Shown here: positions 16,177 through 25,318 of the stretch, in pieces
Layout: each line of letters begins with the position of its first letter
How positions within the stretch are numbered: position 1 is the stretch's first letter
Assembly: GCA_021803945.1 (NCBI GenBank)
Contig: JAJZKW010000006.1
Span: forward strand, 1-49,479
From: Candidatus Micrarchaeota archaeon
GTDB taxonomy: Archaea > Micrarchaeota > Micrarchaeia > Micrarchaeales > CABMGC01
Length of the DNA stretch: 49,479 nt
Direction: 5' to 3'
The notes under the pieces: generated by a model
What the model was told of the DNA's origin: nothing
What the model saw: the letters and a program-made list of their open reading frames with translations, nothing else
Database searches by the model: none
Program-made: the position numbers and the translations under genes

Positions 16177-17580
16177 ATGATAAAGGACCTGCGGGGCTAT
16201 CTGGAATACCTTTCAAAGTCCGGCATGCTCGGCACTTCAAAGTCCAGGGTCAGCACGGACCTCGAGATAGCCGCAATAACGGATAAGGAGAACAGGGAAC
16301 GCAGGTATGAGGGGAGGACGCTCCTCTTCGAAAATGTCGATGGCTATGACATCCCCGTGGCAACTAACCTGATGGCGTCCCTCAAGGTGCTTAAAGCCCT
16401 TTTTGCCGATTTTCAGATAGCAGAATTCATAAGCAATCTTTATTACGCGAGGGACCTGTCGCTTGTGAAGGGCGCCAAGGCGATCATGGATTCAAAGCCG
16501 AAAGTGGTGGGCAGGCCCAAGGGCTACAGGAAGATAGGCAGCCTCGACGAGCTCCCGATACTGAGGCTCTGGCCAAAGGATGCAGGCAAGTTCATAACCC
16601 TCCCCCTCGTCATAACAGAGAGCCCGAAGGACGGCACAAAGAACGTAGGGGTATACCGCATGCAGGTCTTCGATGGCGCGACTACAGGAATGCATTGGCA
16701 GTCGCAGAAAGGGGGGGCAGTGCACATGCTCGAGGCGAAAGAGATGGGAAAGACGCTCAACGTATCTGTCGCAATAGGGACGGACCCGTTCAACGTGGTT
16801 TCAGCGGTAGCCCCTCTTCCGCACGGCATAAACGAGTTCGCGTTTGCCGGCATGGCCCGCAAGTCAAGGACAGAGCTCTTCGACTGCGGAGAGTATCCGG
16901 CAGTCCCTTCAAACTCAGAGATAATAATAAACGGATATGTTGATCCTTCAGAGTCTAGGGAAGAGGGCCCGTTCGGGGACCACACCGGATACTATTCCAT
17001 AAAGGAGGCCACGAACGTATTCCATGTAACGAGCATATACTCCAGGGAGAAGCCGATATATCCTGCAAGCGTAGTAGGGCTGCGGTGGAACGAGGACTGC
17101 GTAGCAGCCCAATTCCTCATGGATTACCTGAAGCCCCTTATAAAGCTGATGAACGGGAGCATAAGCGACATATACCTGCCTCCCGAAGGCGTATTCACAA
17201 ACATGTGCTTCATCTCGGTAAAGAAGAGGTTCCCCGGGGACGCAAAGAAGGCAATGTTCTCTGTGCTTGGGTTAGGGCAGCTCTCGGTCACGAAGATCGT
17301 AGTCGCATTCGACGAAGATGTCGACATAAGGGACCTAAGCAGCGTAATGTGGGCGATGTCAACGCGCATAGACCCTGACAGGGACGTGCAGATACTGAAA
17401 GGAGTGCCGACAGACACCCTGGACCACACATCCAACCTTTCCGGATACGGGTCAAAGATGCTCATAGACGCAACTAAGAAGTCCGAAGGAGAGGGATACA
17501 GGAGGAGATGGCCCGAAACCATAACCCCCGAAATGAGTATATTAAAGGAGGTGGAGAAGAAATGGAGAGAGATACGCTGA
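16177..17580 (+). CDS. ubiD: UbiD-family (prFMN-dependent) aromatic acid decarboxylase
   Basis: GVYRMQVFD, WQSQKGGAVH, GPFGDHTGYY and LGQLSVTKIVVAFDEDVDI. Confidence 0.9.
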   Translation: MIKDLRGYLEYLSKSGMLGTSKSRVSTDLEIAAITDKENRERRYEGRTLLFENVDGYDIPVATNLMASLKVLKALFADFQIAEFISNLYYARDLSLVKGAKAIMDSKPKVVGRPKGYRKIGSLDELPILRLWPKDAGKFITLPLVITESPKDGTKNVGVYRMQVFDGATTGMHWQSQKGGAVHMLEAKEMGKTLNVSVAIGTDPFNVVSAVAPLPHGINEFAFAGMARKSRTELFDCGEYPAVPSNSEIIINGYVDPSESREEGPFGDHTGYYSIKEATNVFHVTSIYSREKPIYPASVVGLRWNEDCVAAQFLMDYLKPLIKLMNGSISDIYLPPEGVFTNMCFISVKKRFPGDAKKAMFSVLGLGQLSVTKIVVAFDEDVDIRDLSSVMWAMSTRIDPDRDVQILKGVPTDTLDHTSNLSGYGSKMLIDATKKSEGEGYRRRWPETITPEMSILKEVEKKWREIR

Positions 17581-18410
17581 TCAATGTCGCAAGCGAGCTT
17601 CTTGCCCCCCAGTTCATACTATTCAATCTCTCATTCGTCTACATAGGCATGCTTTTTTCTCCTGTTCAGTCCTCCAGGCTGCTTATCCTGATAACCCTGG
17701 CGTTCATATCAGCTAGGTCGGCCGGGGTCATAATGAACAGGTATATAGGCAGGCCCTTCGACCTGAAGAATCCGAAGAAAGCGGGCATGCCGAGCATGAG
17801 GATATCCAGGACAACCCTCATTCTCCTCTTTGCCGCGCTCTCTGCAGTATTCGTATTCTCAGCCTTCCTGCTGAATACAATGGCCCTGGCGCTCTCCCCC
17901 GTGGTATTGGTCATGCTCGTCATCGACCCGTTTTCAAAAAGATACTCCAGCAAGAGGCATTACGCCCTCGGGCTGATACAGGGATTTGACGTGATGGGCG
18001 GATACATAGGTGCAGCAGGGGCATTCCCAACAAACATAGCCCTCTACCTATTGATGTTCGCCATAATCTTCATAGGTGGGGGATTCGACGCGATATACTC
18101 TATAACTCATGTGAGATCTGACATGCGGAACGGCCTAAAGACGTTTGCGTCGACAAAAGGCGTCAAGAAGGCGCTCGCATATTCCCTCTATTCCCATGTA
18201 ACTGCCGTTTTGTTCATCATGGCATTTGCACTGGTATCGCGGAACCTGATAATACTGGCAGGCTCAGTGGCCGCTTCTGCAGTCCTTCTTGCGCAACACT
18301 CGGACATCAACCTGGACTCTGACAGGGAAATATTCGCAAGGGTGGTAAAATACAACACCGCCGTCGCCATAATACTGGCATCCTCAGTCGCCACGGCATT
18401 TTTCGCATGA
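17562..18410 (+). CDS. ubiA: UbiA-superfamily prenyltransferase homolog with degenerate first Asp-rich motif
   Basis: ARSAGVIMNRYIGRPFD aligns to E. coli UbiA ARSAGCVVNDYADRKFD. Second motif region FDAIYSITHVRSDMRNGLKTFA. About 8-9 helices. ATG overlaps the ubiD 3' end by 19 nt. Confidence 0.8.
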   Translation: MERDTLINVASELLAPQFILFNLSFVYIGMLFSPVQSSRLLILITLAFISARSAGVIMNRYIGRPFDLKNPKKAGMPSMRISRTTLILLFAALSAVFVFSAFLLNTMALALSPVVLVMLVIDPFSKRYSSKRHYALGLIQGFDVMGGYIGAAGAFPTNIALYLLMFAIIFIGGGFDAIYSITHVRSDMRNGLKTFASTKGVKKALAYSLYSHVTAVLFIMAFALVSRNLIILAGSVAASAVLLAQHSDINLDSDREIFARVVKYNTAVAIILASSVATAFFA

Positions 18411-18419
18411 GGCAAGATC

Positions 18420-19106
18420 ATGAGCAAAAAGATAAAGGACACATTCACGCGCATACACAGGCATTACGACTTCTTCAACCACCTATTCAGCATGATGGCT
18501 GACATAGAGTGGAGGAGAGACGCAGCTATGGAGACGATAATGCCAAAGAGATCATACGCCGTCCTCGATGTCGCCACAGGCACCGGTGATCTGGCAATAG
18601 CGATAAGCAGGGCAGCGCGCTCAAGCGGAAGGATTGCACGCATCACAGCCACTGACTTCAACACGCACATGCTATCACATGCAAAGGAGAAGGCAGTAAG
18701 GATGGGGATCAAGGACATAAAGTTCGAGGAGGGGGACGCCCTGCGCACCGGCTACCCGGATTCAACATTCGACGTGGTGACAAGCGGGTTTGCGCTGAGG
18801 AACTTCGACAGTCTAGACAAGTTCGCGGCAGAGGCAAGCAGGGTGACAAAGAGGGGCGGAAGGATAGTGATGCTGGACATGGCGAAGCCGGACAGGACAC
18901 CGCAGTTCATGAAGGCTTATTTCAAGGTCCTCGAAGCCGTAGGATCGCTTGTGGCAAAGAACGCGTACAGATGGCTTACATACAGCATAATGAAGTTCGA
19001 CAAGGAGAAGGCGGCAGGCATATTCAGGAGGCACGGATTTACAGACGTCAAGATAACGAACCTGAGGTACGGCGTCGCATTCATGATTACAGGCACGAAA
19101 GGATAA
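18420..19106 (+). CDS. ubiE: demethylmenaquinone/ubiquinone C-methyltransferase (UbiE/MenG family)
   Basis: YDFFNHLFS...WRR N-terminal signature, SAM motif VLDVATGTGDLA, and GGRIVMLD. Confidence 0.85.
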   Translation: MSKKIKDTFTRIHRHYDFFNHLFSMMADIEWRRDAAMETIMPKRSYAVLDVATGTGDLAIAISRAARSSGRIARITATDFNTHMLSHAKEKAVRMGIKDIKFEEGDALRTGYPDSTFDVVTSGFALRNFDSLDKFAAEASRVTKRGGRIVMLDMAKPDRTPQFMKAYFKVLEAVGSLVAKNAYRWLTYSIMKFDKEKAAGIFRRHGFTDVKITNLRYGVAFMITGTKG

Positions 19107-19279
19107 GTCAAGCGAGCTAGATCCGTCTAAAAACATCTCCAGAACATGCCGTATTGAAGAAGTAAAACGGGTTTCTTCAAAACAGGGCTAATGCCAAAAT
19201 AACAAATAATACTGTTATATTGTTAAAAAAAGAAAGATATTAATATGAGGAATCACGCTACATAATGCGTGTGTATTTT

Positions 19280-19906
19280 ATGACCAATGCTAGATATGCG
19301 AGAAGAGAAGTAACCGGAGACGAAAGGGAACCGTTATTTAAAAGCTTAAAAAGGATGAGAGACACAGTCCCTGCTGCTTACAGGTACGCAACGCTGCCGG
19401 TATTGCTTGCCAGTGTGGCTGCATATTCCTTCTTTGGCTATGTAATGCCGTCTTCTGTACAAGGAGTTAAAGCAGAGCAACAAGCTACAACTGCATTCGC
19501 AAGAACAATTCAGGAAGCTGCCCAGACTGGCAACGAACAACTTCTCAGTATTATAAATGCTGAGACAGGAAATTCGTTTAAAGGAAGTGTGCTGATACCT
19601 CCAAATTCATCTTCAGGCTCCAAGCAGTTGGCCAGAATAACCCTTTCCGCACTCAATAACGAATATGTGGATCCTAATGCCGGTTCGCCTGTATATGGCA
19701 GTGTGTCTGGGTATGTTAAATCAGATCCACTCGTTTATTCATTAAACAAATCGAGCAACGGAGCAATAGTTGAGTATCTGGATGCGCAACAAGGTCCATC
19801 CGGGCTTCCTGTATTTATCATATCCGCATGTGCCACCGTTCTGTCTGTTTGGTGGAAGCGCCAGAGCTATCTCATAAATGAAAAAGGTTATATGCTTTAC
19901 CCATAA
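19280..19906 (+). CDS. hypothetical two-TM membrane protein (orphan, AT-rich gene)
   Basis: ORF 19265..19906; ATG at 19280 or GTG/ATG at 19265. TM segments YATLPVLLASVAAYSFFGYVM and GLPVFIISACATVLSVWW flank a ~120-aa Ser/Asn/Gln-rich domain. No family recognised. Confidence 0.4.
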   Translation: MTNARYARREVTGDEREPLFKSLKRMRDTVPAAYRYATLPVLLASVAAYSFFGYVMPSSVQGVKAEQQATTAFARTIQEAAQTGNEQLLSIINAETGNSFKGSVLIPPNSSSGSKQLARITLSALNNEYVDPNAGSPVYGSVSGYVKSDPLVYSLNKSSNGAIVEYLDAQQGPSGLPVFIISACATVLSVWWKRQSYLINEKGYMLYP

Positions 19907-19929
19907 ACTTTATTGCTAGCGTGAAAATC

Positions 19930-20343
19930 ATGCACCAAAAACCCAAATCACAAACTCCGTTTAAACCTCCCCAACGCCAACCAGATGGAGAAAAGCATGC
20001 AGAAGAGAGGATCAGAACACCGCCGAAAAGATCCAAATATCCTCTTGTCGAATGGAAGGGTAATGACATCTCAGGCTCAGGTAGTATTTATATTTTATTT
20101 CCGCTATCTGTAATGAATCTATCCCCAATAGCCAATGAGATAACTGCCTGCTTAAAAGGACTAATGATTAGTTCTCCTCCCATGGAACCAATAACTGAAC
20201 CTGCGAACGGAATTATAGAGTTAACCCTTAAAATAGACCAGATAGAGATGTCCTTGCCTGAATTTGTAAAATTATACACAAAACTTGAGGGAATATATCA
20301 CAAGGCACTGAAAGAAAGCCTTGGAGATATTACAAGGCCTTAA
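19930..20343 (+). CDS. hypothetical protein (orphan, basic Pro-rich N-terminus)
   Basis: ORF 19921..20343 (GTG) or ATG at 19930. N-terminus HQKPKSQTPFKPPQRQPDGEKHAEERIRTPPKRSK. No family recognised. Confidence 0.4.
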   Translation: MHQKPKSQTPFKPPQRQPDGEKHAEERIRTPPKRSKYPLVEWKGNDISGSGSIYILFPLSVMNLSPIANEITACLKGLMISSPPMEPITEPANGIIELTLKIDQIEMSLPEFVKLYTKLEGIYHKALKESLGDITRP

Positions 20344-20406
20344 AGGGCCGCAAGCTGCTTTTGTCCGCCAGCGCTGTAGCTTATATGCGTATTAAACAGA
20401 CAGCAG

Positions 20407-21285
20407 TTACAAGCGCACTTTTATCAGTTCGGCATAGCTGGAGAATATCTTCCCAGGCATCGACCTGGCCATCCTTCTCTCAGCCCTTTCGACATAATCG
20501 TTGTTCATCTGCACTGCCTTCATCAATGCAGAGTACCTGCCAACCCTATAATCCTTTTCCAGGCTTGCAACGACGTTCGGTATGAACTTGCCTGCTCCCC
20601 TGCCGTTCGATGCATTTATGAAATCAAATATATCGTCCCTTATCTGGAATGCCATCCCCAGGTCCTTTCCGGCCAGGTACATTGCCTCATAGTTTCTGTG
20701 CGAACTGCAGACAGCTGCCGCATTCGCGCATGATCCAATCAGTGAGGCGCTCTTAAGCGAAGCCATTCTTGTATAATCTTTCAGGTTAGGGATCAGCCTT
20801 CTCTTCTGATAGTAATAGTCCAGTGCCTCGCCCGCGCACATGTCCATGCTGGCCCGGCTTATCGACTTGAGCATGCGTTCCCCGTATTTTGCAGATATGG
20901 AAACGGCCAAGGATGTCAATGCATCGCCTGCAAGTATTGCCATATGCTCCCCATACCTCGCTTGGACAGAGAACGATCCCCTCCTTCTAGTATCTCCGTC
21001 TATTATATCATCGTGTATCAGCGATGCCGTATGGATGAGTTCGGCAGAGACTGCAAGGTCAACGAACCTGTGCGGATCGCGGCCTATGGCATAGGTGCCC
21101 ATAAGGACCAGCGTAGGCCTGAATAGCTTGCTCTTCCTCCCAAGCAATGCGACTGACGGGCCGGACAATGCGGTGTCAACGAAATCCGAAGACCTGAAAG
21201 ATGACAGCCTTTCAGACACTTCGCACAGGCTCTCAATCACACTGCCAGGAAGCCGCATTCTCCTATTGCCCTCTACAAGTCCCAT
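20407..21285 (-). CDS. trans-polyprenyl diphosphate synthase (short- or medium-chain; chain length not determinable)
   Basis: First Asp-rich motif LIHDDIIDGDTRRRG and second Asp-rich motif FQIRDDIFD. Confidence 0.9.
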   Translation of the reverse strand: MGLVEGNRRMRLPGSVIESLCEVSERLSSFRSSDFVDTALSGPSVALLGRKSKLFRPTLVLMGTYAIGRDPHRFVDLAVSAELIHTASLIHDDIIDGDTRRRGSFSVQARYGEHMAILAGDALTSLAVSISAKYGERMLKSISRASMDMCAGEALDYYYQKRRLIPNLKDYTRMASLKSASLIGSCANAAAVCSSHRNYEAMYLAGKDLGMAFQIRDDIFDFINASNGRGAGKFIPNVVASLEKDYRVGRYSALMKAVQMNNDYVERAERRMARSMPGKIFSSYAELIKVRL

Positions 21286-21346
21286 AAAATCAAAGACGAG
21301 ATATTGACTATATCATAATAAATTTAAATAACCGAGCTAGGATACA

Positions 21347-21748
21347 TCAATAATGGCCTATTCTGATCCTGTCCCCAATCCTCAGCCTGAGTGCAGACGC
21401 AGTGCCTGCCTTCACTTCAAGCACGTACCTAGAGTCCTCGTCAGGCTTCACCGTCATGCATGAGAATATCGATCTGCATGGCTCAGCATCCCTGCAGATA
21501 TACACTACCCTGCAGTCTTTGTCAAGCCATATTATATCTATGCTGAACTTCATGTTCAGCATCCAGAACCCGTACTTCCCGTCCCTCCTGAACACGAAAA
21601 GCATGCCTCCGCCAGAAGGAAGGCCGCTTCGGCCCATGAGTCCCTTCATTATCTTCATGAAGCTGTCTGCCACCTCCACAGTGAAGCGCTTACCCTTCAT
21701 GCTCACCGAAGCCTTCCTGTATCCCGTTTTGTCAAGGAGAATGGTCAT
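21347..21748 (-). CDS. DUF192 (COG1430) domain protein
   Basis: MKGLMGR...GGGMLFVF...FWMLNMKFSIDIIWLD pattern typical of DUF192. Confidence 0.7.
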   Translation of the reverse strand: MTILLDKTGYRKASVSMKGKRFTVEVADSFMKIMKGLMGRSGLPSGGGMLFVFRRDGKYGFWMLNMKFSIDIIWLDKDCRVVYICRDAEPCRSIFSCMTVKPDEDSRYVLEVKAGTASALRLRIGDRIRIGHY

Positions 21749-21766
21749 ATGCGCGCCTCAGTGGCA

Positions 21767-23386
21767 TCATTTCACAAGCGCCTGGCTCTGCTCCCTCATG
21801 AACTGCTGGAGGTAGAACCTGCTTCCGCTCCCTTTTCCAGTAAGCCCGCTCCCCTTCCACCCTACGAATGTGTGCAATCCCACTATCGCCCCTGTAGTCG
21901 CGCTGGTCTCCCTGTTCACATAGACCACCCCGGCCTCAATGTCCCTAAGAAATTCCTTTATCTCGCTGTTTTTTTCGCTGTATAGCCCTGCAGTAAGGCC
22001 GTAATCAGTATCGTTCGCCATTGCTATCGCATCCCTGAACTTATTGTATGTGGTTATCATAAGGAACGGCAGGAAGAGCTCTTCGTGGAAGAGGCGGTTG
22101 CCGTGCTCGGCCTCTACTATTGTAGGCTCGACATACGCTCCGTCAAGCCCGGAGTCAACCTGCCTCCCTCCATATATCACCCTCCCGCCGCTTGCCGCTT
22201 CCTGCGCTGCCTTTTTATATCTCTCAAGCGCGGTGCCGCTTATAAGCGGGCCCATATAATTCTCCTTCTTCAGCGGATCGCCAACCTTAAACGCCCTCAC
22301 CGAGTCAAGTAGCTTGCTTATGAACTGCTCTTTCACAGATTCATGGACGTATACTCTTGATGCCGCGCTGCATTTCTGGCCTGCGAAGCCGAACGCCGCG
22401 CTGGCAATTCCAGATGCAGCATTGTCAAAGTTCGCGTATTTTGAAACTATCACCGGGTTCTTACCTCCCATTTCAACCACAAAGACCTTCTGGCGGTCAA
22501 GGCTATACGATTTCTTCAGCATATTGATGCCTGTCGCCCTTGATCCGGTGAATGCGATGCCCTTTACTTTGTTGTTGACAGCGAGCTCATCCCCAACTTC
22601 GGATCCAGGCCCTGTGACAAAGTTGAATACTCCGGGAGGCACTCCTGCATCCGAAAATATCCTGTATATCTCAATGCCGGTGAGCATTGTCATGTTGTCT
22701 GTGGAGGAGGGCTTGAATACGACAGTGTTTCCTGTTATCAGCGCTCCTGCGCTCATGCCTACAGATATGGATACCGGGAAGTTGAAAGGCGCAATGACGC
22801 CGAACACCCCGTACGGTTTCATTGCTATGCATACCTTCTCCGCCCTACCCGGAGCGCCCTGGAACCCAGACTTCACGCTTGCCGTGCTTGCAAGCAGGGC
22901 ATTTCTCCTGGTATATCCCTTGTTTTTTGCCATGTCCGCCGAGTAATACCTGAGAAAGTCTATCGCTTCGTCGACTTCCCCCACTGATTCATACCTGCTC
23001 TTGCCGTTCTCCATGCTCAATATCGCCGACACCTCAAATTTCCTCTTCGAGAGCAGGTCTGCGGCCTTCTCGAATATCGCAACCCTTTCCTTGTATCCTG
23101 TCTTCCTCCATTCGTCAAATGCGCTGCTCGCAGACTCAATTGCGAGTTTTGAGGTCTCCCTGTCCCCTTTCTGGAACTTGCCCATGACCGTTCTGTCTAT
23201 CGGAGAGTATTCTACTATCTCAGCGCCTGTGAATACCTCCTCGCCACTGATGTATATCGGATGTTTCTTTCCTAGCGCACTGCTTCTCACCCTGGCCACG
23301 GCTTCGTCAAAGGCCCTGTCAAATTCAGCCTCTCTCCCGGATTCGACAAACTTCTTGTAAGTGAACTCGTTTTTAAAATCAGCCAT
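21767..23386 (-). CDS. L-glutamate gamma-semialdehyde (1-pyrroline-5-carboxylate) dehydrogenase, ALDH superfamily
   Basis: FKNEFTY N-terminus typical of RocA/PruA-type P5CDH. ALDH motifs FTGSRATG, VVEMGGKNP and FAGQKCSAASR. Start at internal ATG (MADFKNE...). Confidence 0.85.
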   Translation of the reverse strand: MADFKNEFTYKKFVESGREAEFDRAFDEAVARVRSSALGKKHPIYISGEEVFTGAEIVEYSPIDRTVMGKFQKGDRETSKLAIESASSAFDEWRKTGYKERVAIFEKAADLLSKRKFEVSAILSMENGKSRYESVGEVDEAIDFLRYYSADMAKNKGYTRRNALLASTASVKSGFQGAPGRAEKVCIAMKPYGVFGVIAPFNFPVSISVGMSAGALITGNTVVFKPSSTDNMTMLTGIEIYRIFSDAGVPPGVFNFVTGPGSEVGDELAVNNKVKGIAFTGSRATGINMLKKSYSLDRQKVFVVEMGGKNPVIVSKYANFDNAASGIASAAFGFAGQKCSAASRVYVHESVKEQFISKLLDSVRAFKVGDPLKKENYMGPLISGTALERYKKAAQEAASGGRVIYGGRQVDSGLDGAYVEPTIVEAEHGNRLFHEELFLPFLMITTYNKFRDAIAMANDTDYGLTAGLYSEKNSEIKEFLRDIEAGVVYVNRETSATTGAIVGLHTFVGWKGSGLTGKGSGSRFYLQQFMREQSQALVK

Positions 23387-23526
23387 GCCATCATCAAGAT
23401 AAAAATACGGATAAAAGCTATAAAAACATTCCACCCCGTATGCCGCTCAGACTCAAAAAACCGGCAGGGACGGAGAAACCGGCGCAGAGTCAAATAATAA
23501 ATATCTTAGCCTACCATAATTAACGT

Positions 23527-24231
23527 ATGGCGGCCATACAGGCAGAGTTACAGGTAGAGATACACAACAGCTCCGATGTTATAAACCTAGTCAATACCGA
23601 TGCCACATGGAGGGACCTTATCATCGAGCTGGTGGACAAGAACAAGCTCGACCCCTGGAATATAGACATAATAGAGATAGTGGACAAATACGTAGACACT
23701 GTGAAGAAGCTCCGGGTCCTCGACTTCCGCGTGCCTGCCAACATAATACTGGCAGCAGCGGTGCTGCTCAGGCTTAAGAGCAACTACCTGATCTTCAAGG
23801 AGTACGAGGACACAGGCGAGGCTGTGGCAGAGGCTGATGTGCAAGACTACAACATAACTACAGATCCATTGAACTTCAGGCTCAGGCTACCGCCTAAGAG
23901 GAAGATATCGCTGACGGAGCTCATATCCGCGCTCGATGAGGCCATGGCCATGAAGGAGACAAGGCTGCTGCCCCACAGAGCCGAATCGCTGCCGATTCAG
24001 ATAAAGCTGGACAATTTCGACATAGAGGCCGAGACCGAAAACATATACAGCATAATAAAAGACAATGTAGACAAGAGCAAAATGGTGACATTCTCATACC
24101 TTTCAAAGGTGTCCTCCATAAATGACGTGATCCTTGGAATCTTCATACCTCTCCTCTTCCTTGCGCACAAAGGCAAGATATCGCTCATACAGGAGAGGTT
24201 CTTTTCCGAGATAATTATAGCACTGAAGTAG
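23527..24231 (+). CDS. scpA: segregation and condensation protein A (kleisin)
   Basis: LDPWNIDIIEIVDKYVDTVKK, FRVPANIILAAAVLLRLKS, and C-terminal winged-helix-like LLFLAHKGKISLIQE. Confidence 0.85.
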   Translation: MAAIQAELQVEIHNSSDVINLVNTDATWRDLIIELVDKNKLDPWNIDIIEIVDKYVDTVKKLRVLDFRVPANIILAAAVLLRLKSNYLIFKEYEDTGEAVAEADVQDYNITTDPLNFRLRLPPKRKISLTELISALDEAMAMKETRLLPHRAESLPIQIKLDNFDIEAETENIYSIIKDNVDKSKMVTFSYLSKVSSINDVILGIFIPLLFLAHKGKISLIQERFFSEIIIALK

Positions 24232-24236
24232 GTTTG

Positions 24237-24698
24237 ATGGAAGACAATGCTGAGTACAAGAAGATTATAGAGGCTGCGCTATTCATGTCGCCTAATGCCA
24301 TGAGCATAAACGACATAACCAAGGCCACAGGAATAATGTCCCCGGGCATAATAGAGAAGCTCCTTGCTGAATTGACATCGGAATACGAAAGCAGGGACAC
24401 GTCCCTGAAAATAATGGGCATAAGCGGGAAGTACATGTTCAGCCTGAAGGACGAGTACATATCTAAGGTAAGCTCTCTTGCATCAGGCCCTGACATAAGC
24501 AGGGGAGCACTAAGGATACTGGCTTACATAAGCAAGAATGAAGGGGCGATACAGAGCGACCTTGTAAAATACTTCGGCTCCTCCACCTACGACTACATGA
24601 AGGAACTTGAGGAGAAGGAGTTCGTGGAGGCGAAGAAGTACAAAAGGAGCAAGAAGCTGAGCGTTACGCCCAAGTTCAACGAGTATTTCAGCATATGA
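24237..24698 (+). CDS. scpB: segregation and condensation protein B
   Basis: IIEAALFMSPNAMSINDI and GALRILAYISKNEGAIQSDL winged-helix repeats. Sits directly after scpA. Confidence 0.8.
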   Translation: MEDNAEYKKIIEAALFMSPNAMSINDITKATGIMSPGIIEKLLAELTSEYESRDTSLKIMGISGKYMFSLKDEYISKVSSLASGPDISRGALRILAYISKNEGAIQSDLVKYFGSSTYDYMKELEEKEFVEAKKYKRSKKLSVTPKFNEYFSI

Positions 24699-24709
24699 CC
24701 TAGCGTTTT

Positions 24710-25270
24710 TCAGTAAGTCGGATTCGATTCCTTTATTCCCTTGGCGTGGTTCAGGTAAACAGCCGCAGCGAAAAGGTATGATGAAAGCCTGTTCAGGTAC
24801 GCAACTATCCGCCTGTCTATGCTATGCTCGCCGCTCGCTACTATCACGCTCCTCTCCGCCCGCCTTGCTATGGCCCTTGACATATGAAGGCATGCGCTTC
24901 CCCTGCTACCGCCAGGAAGGACGAACTTTTTAAGGTCCGGAGTCTTCCCTGCGATCTCCCTTATCCTGGCCTCGAGGCGCAGTATGGCAGCCTCGCCCCC
25001 AAAACCCTCTCTCCTATCATTCTTGTCTGAAGAAGCGAGGCTCGCTCCGATAACGAAGAGATCGTTCTGCACCGACTTCAGTCCAGTTTTCAGCGATTCG
25101 TCTTCTATCTCGCAGATGGCCACTCCTATAGAGCTGTTAAGCTCGTCAATGTCACCTATCGCTGATATCAGCGTGTCGGATTTGCTGATCCTGGCTCCAG
25201 AAATGACTCCTGTAGTGCCGTCGTCCCCCTTTCCCGTGAAGTATGATGTTGGCATAAAATCAATATGCAC
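24710..25270 (-). CDS. ATP:cob(I)alamin adenosyltransferase, PduO/MMAB type
   Basis: FTGKGDDGTTG N-terminal motif; LPGGSRGSACLHMSRAIARRAER; YLNRLSSYLF. An alternative start at M6 (25255) is possible. Confidence 0.85.
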   Translation of the reverse strand: MHIDFMPTSYFTGKGDDGTTGVISGARISKSDTLISAIGDIDELNSSIGVAICEIEDESLKTGLKSVQNDLFVIGASLASSDKNDRREGFGGEAAILRLEARIREIAGKTPDLKKFVLPGGSRGSACLHMSRAIARRAERSVIVASGEHSIDRRIVAYLNRLSSYLFAAAVYLNHAKGIKESNPTY

Positions 25271-25318
25271 TGCATATATTTATTTATCCAGGTTATGCAA
25301 CGATAAGAACAACTTCTT

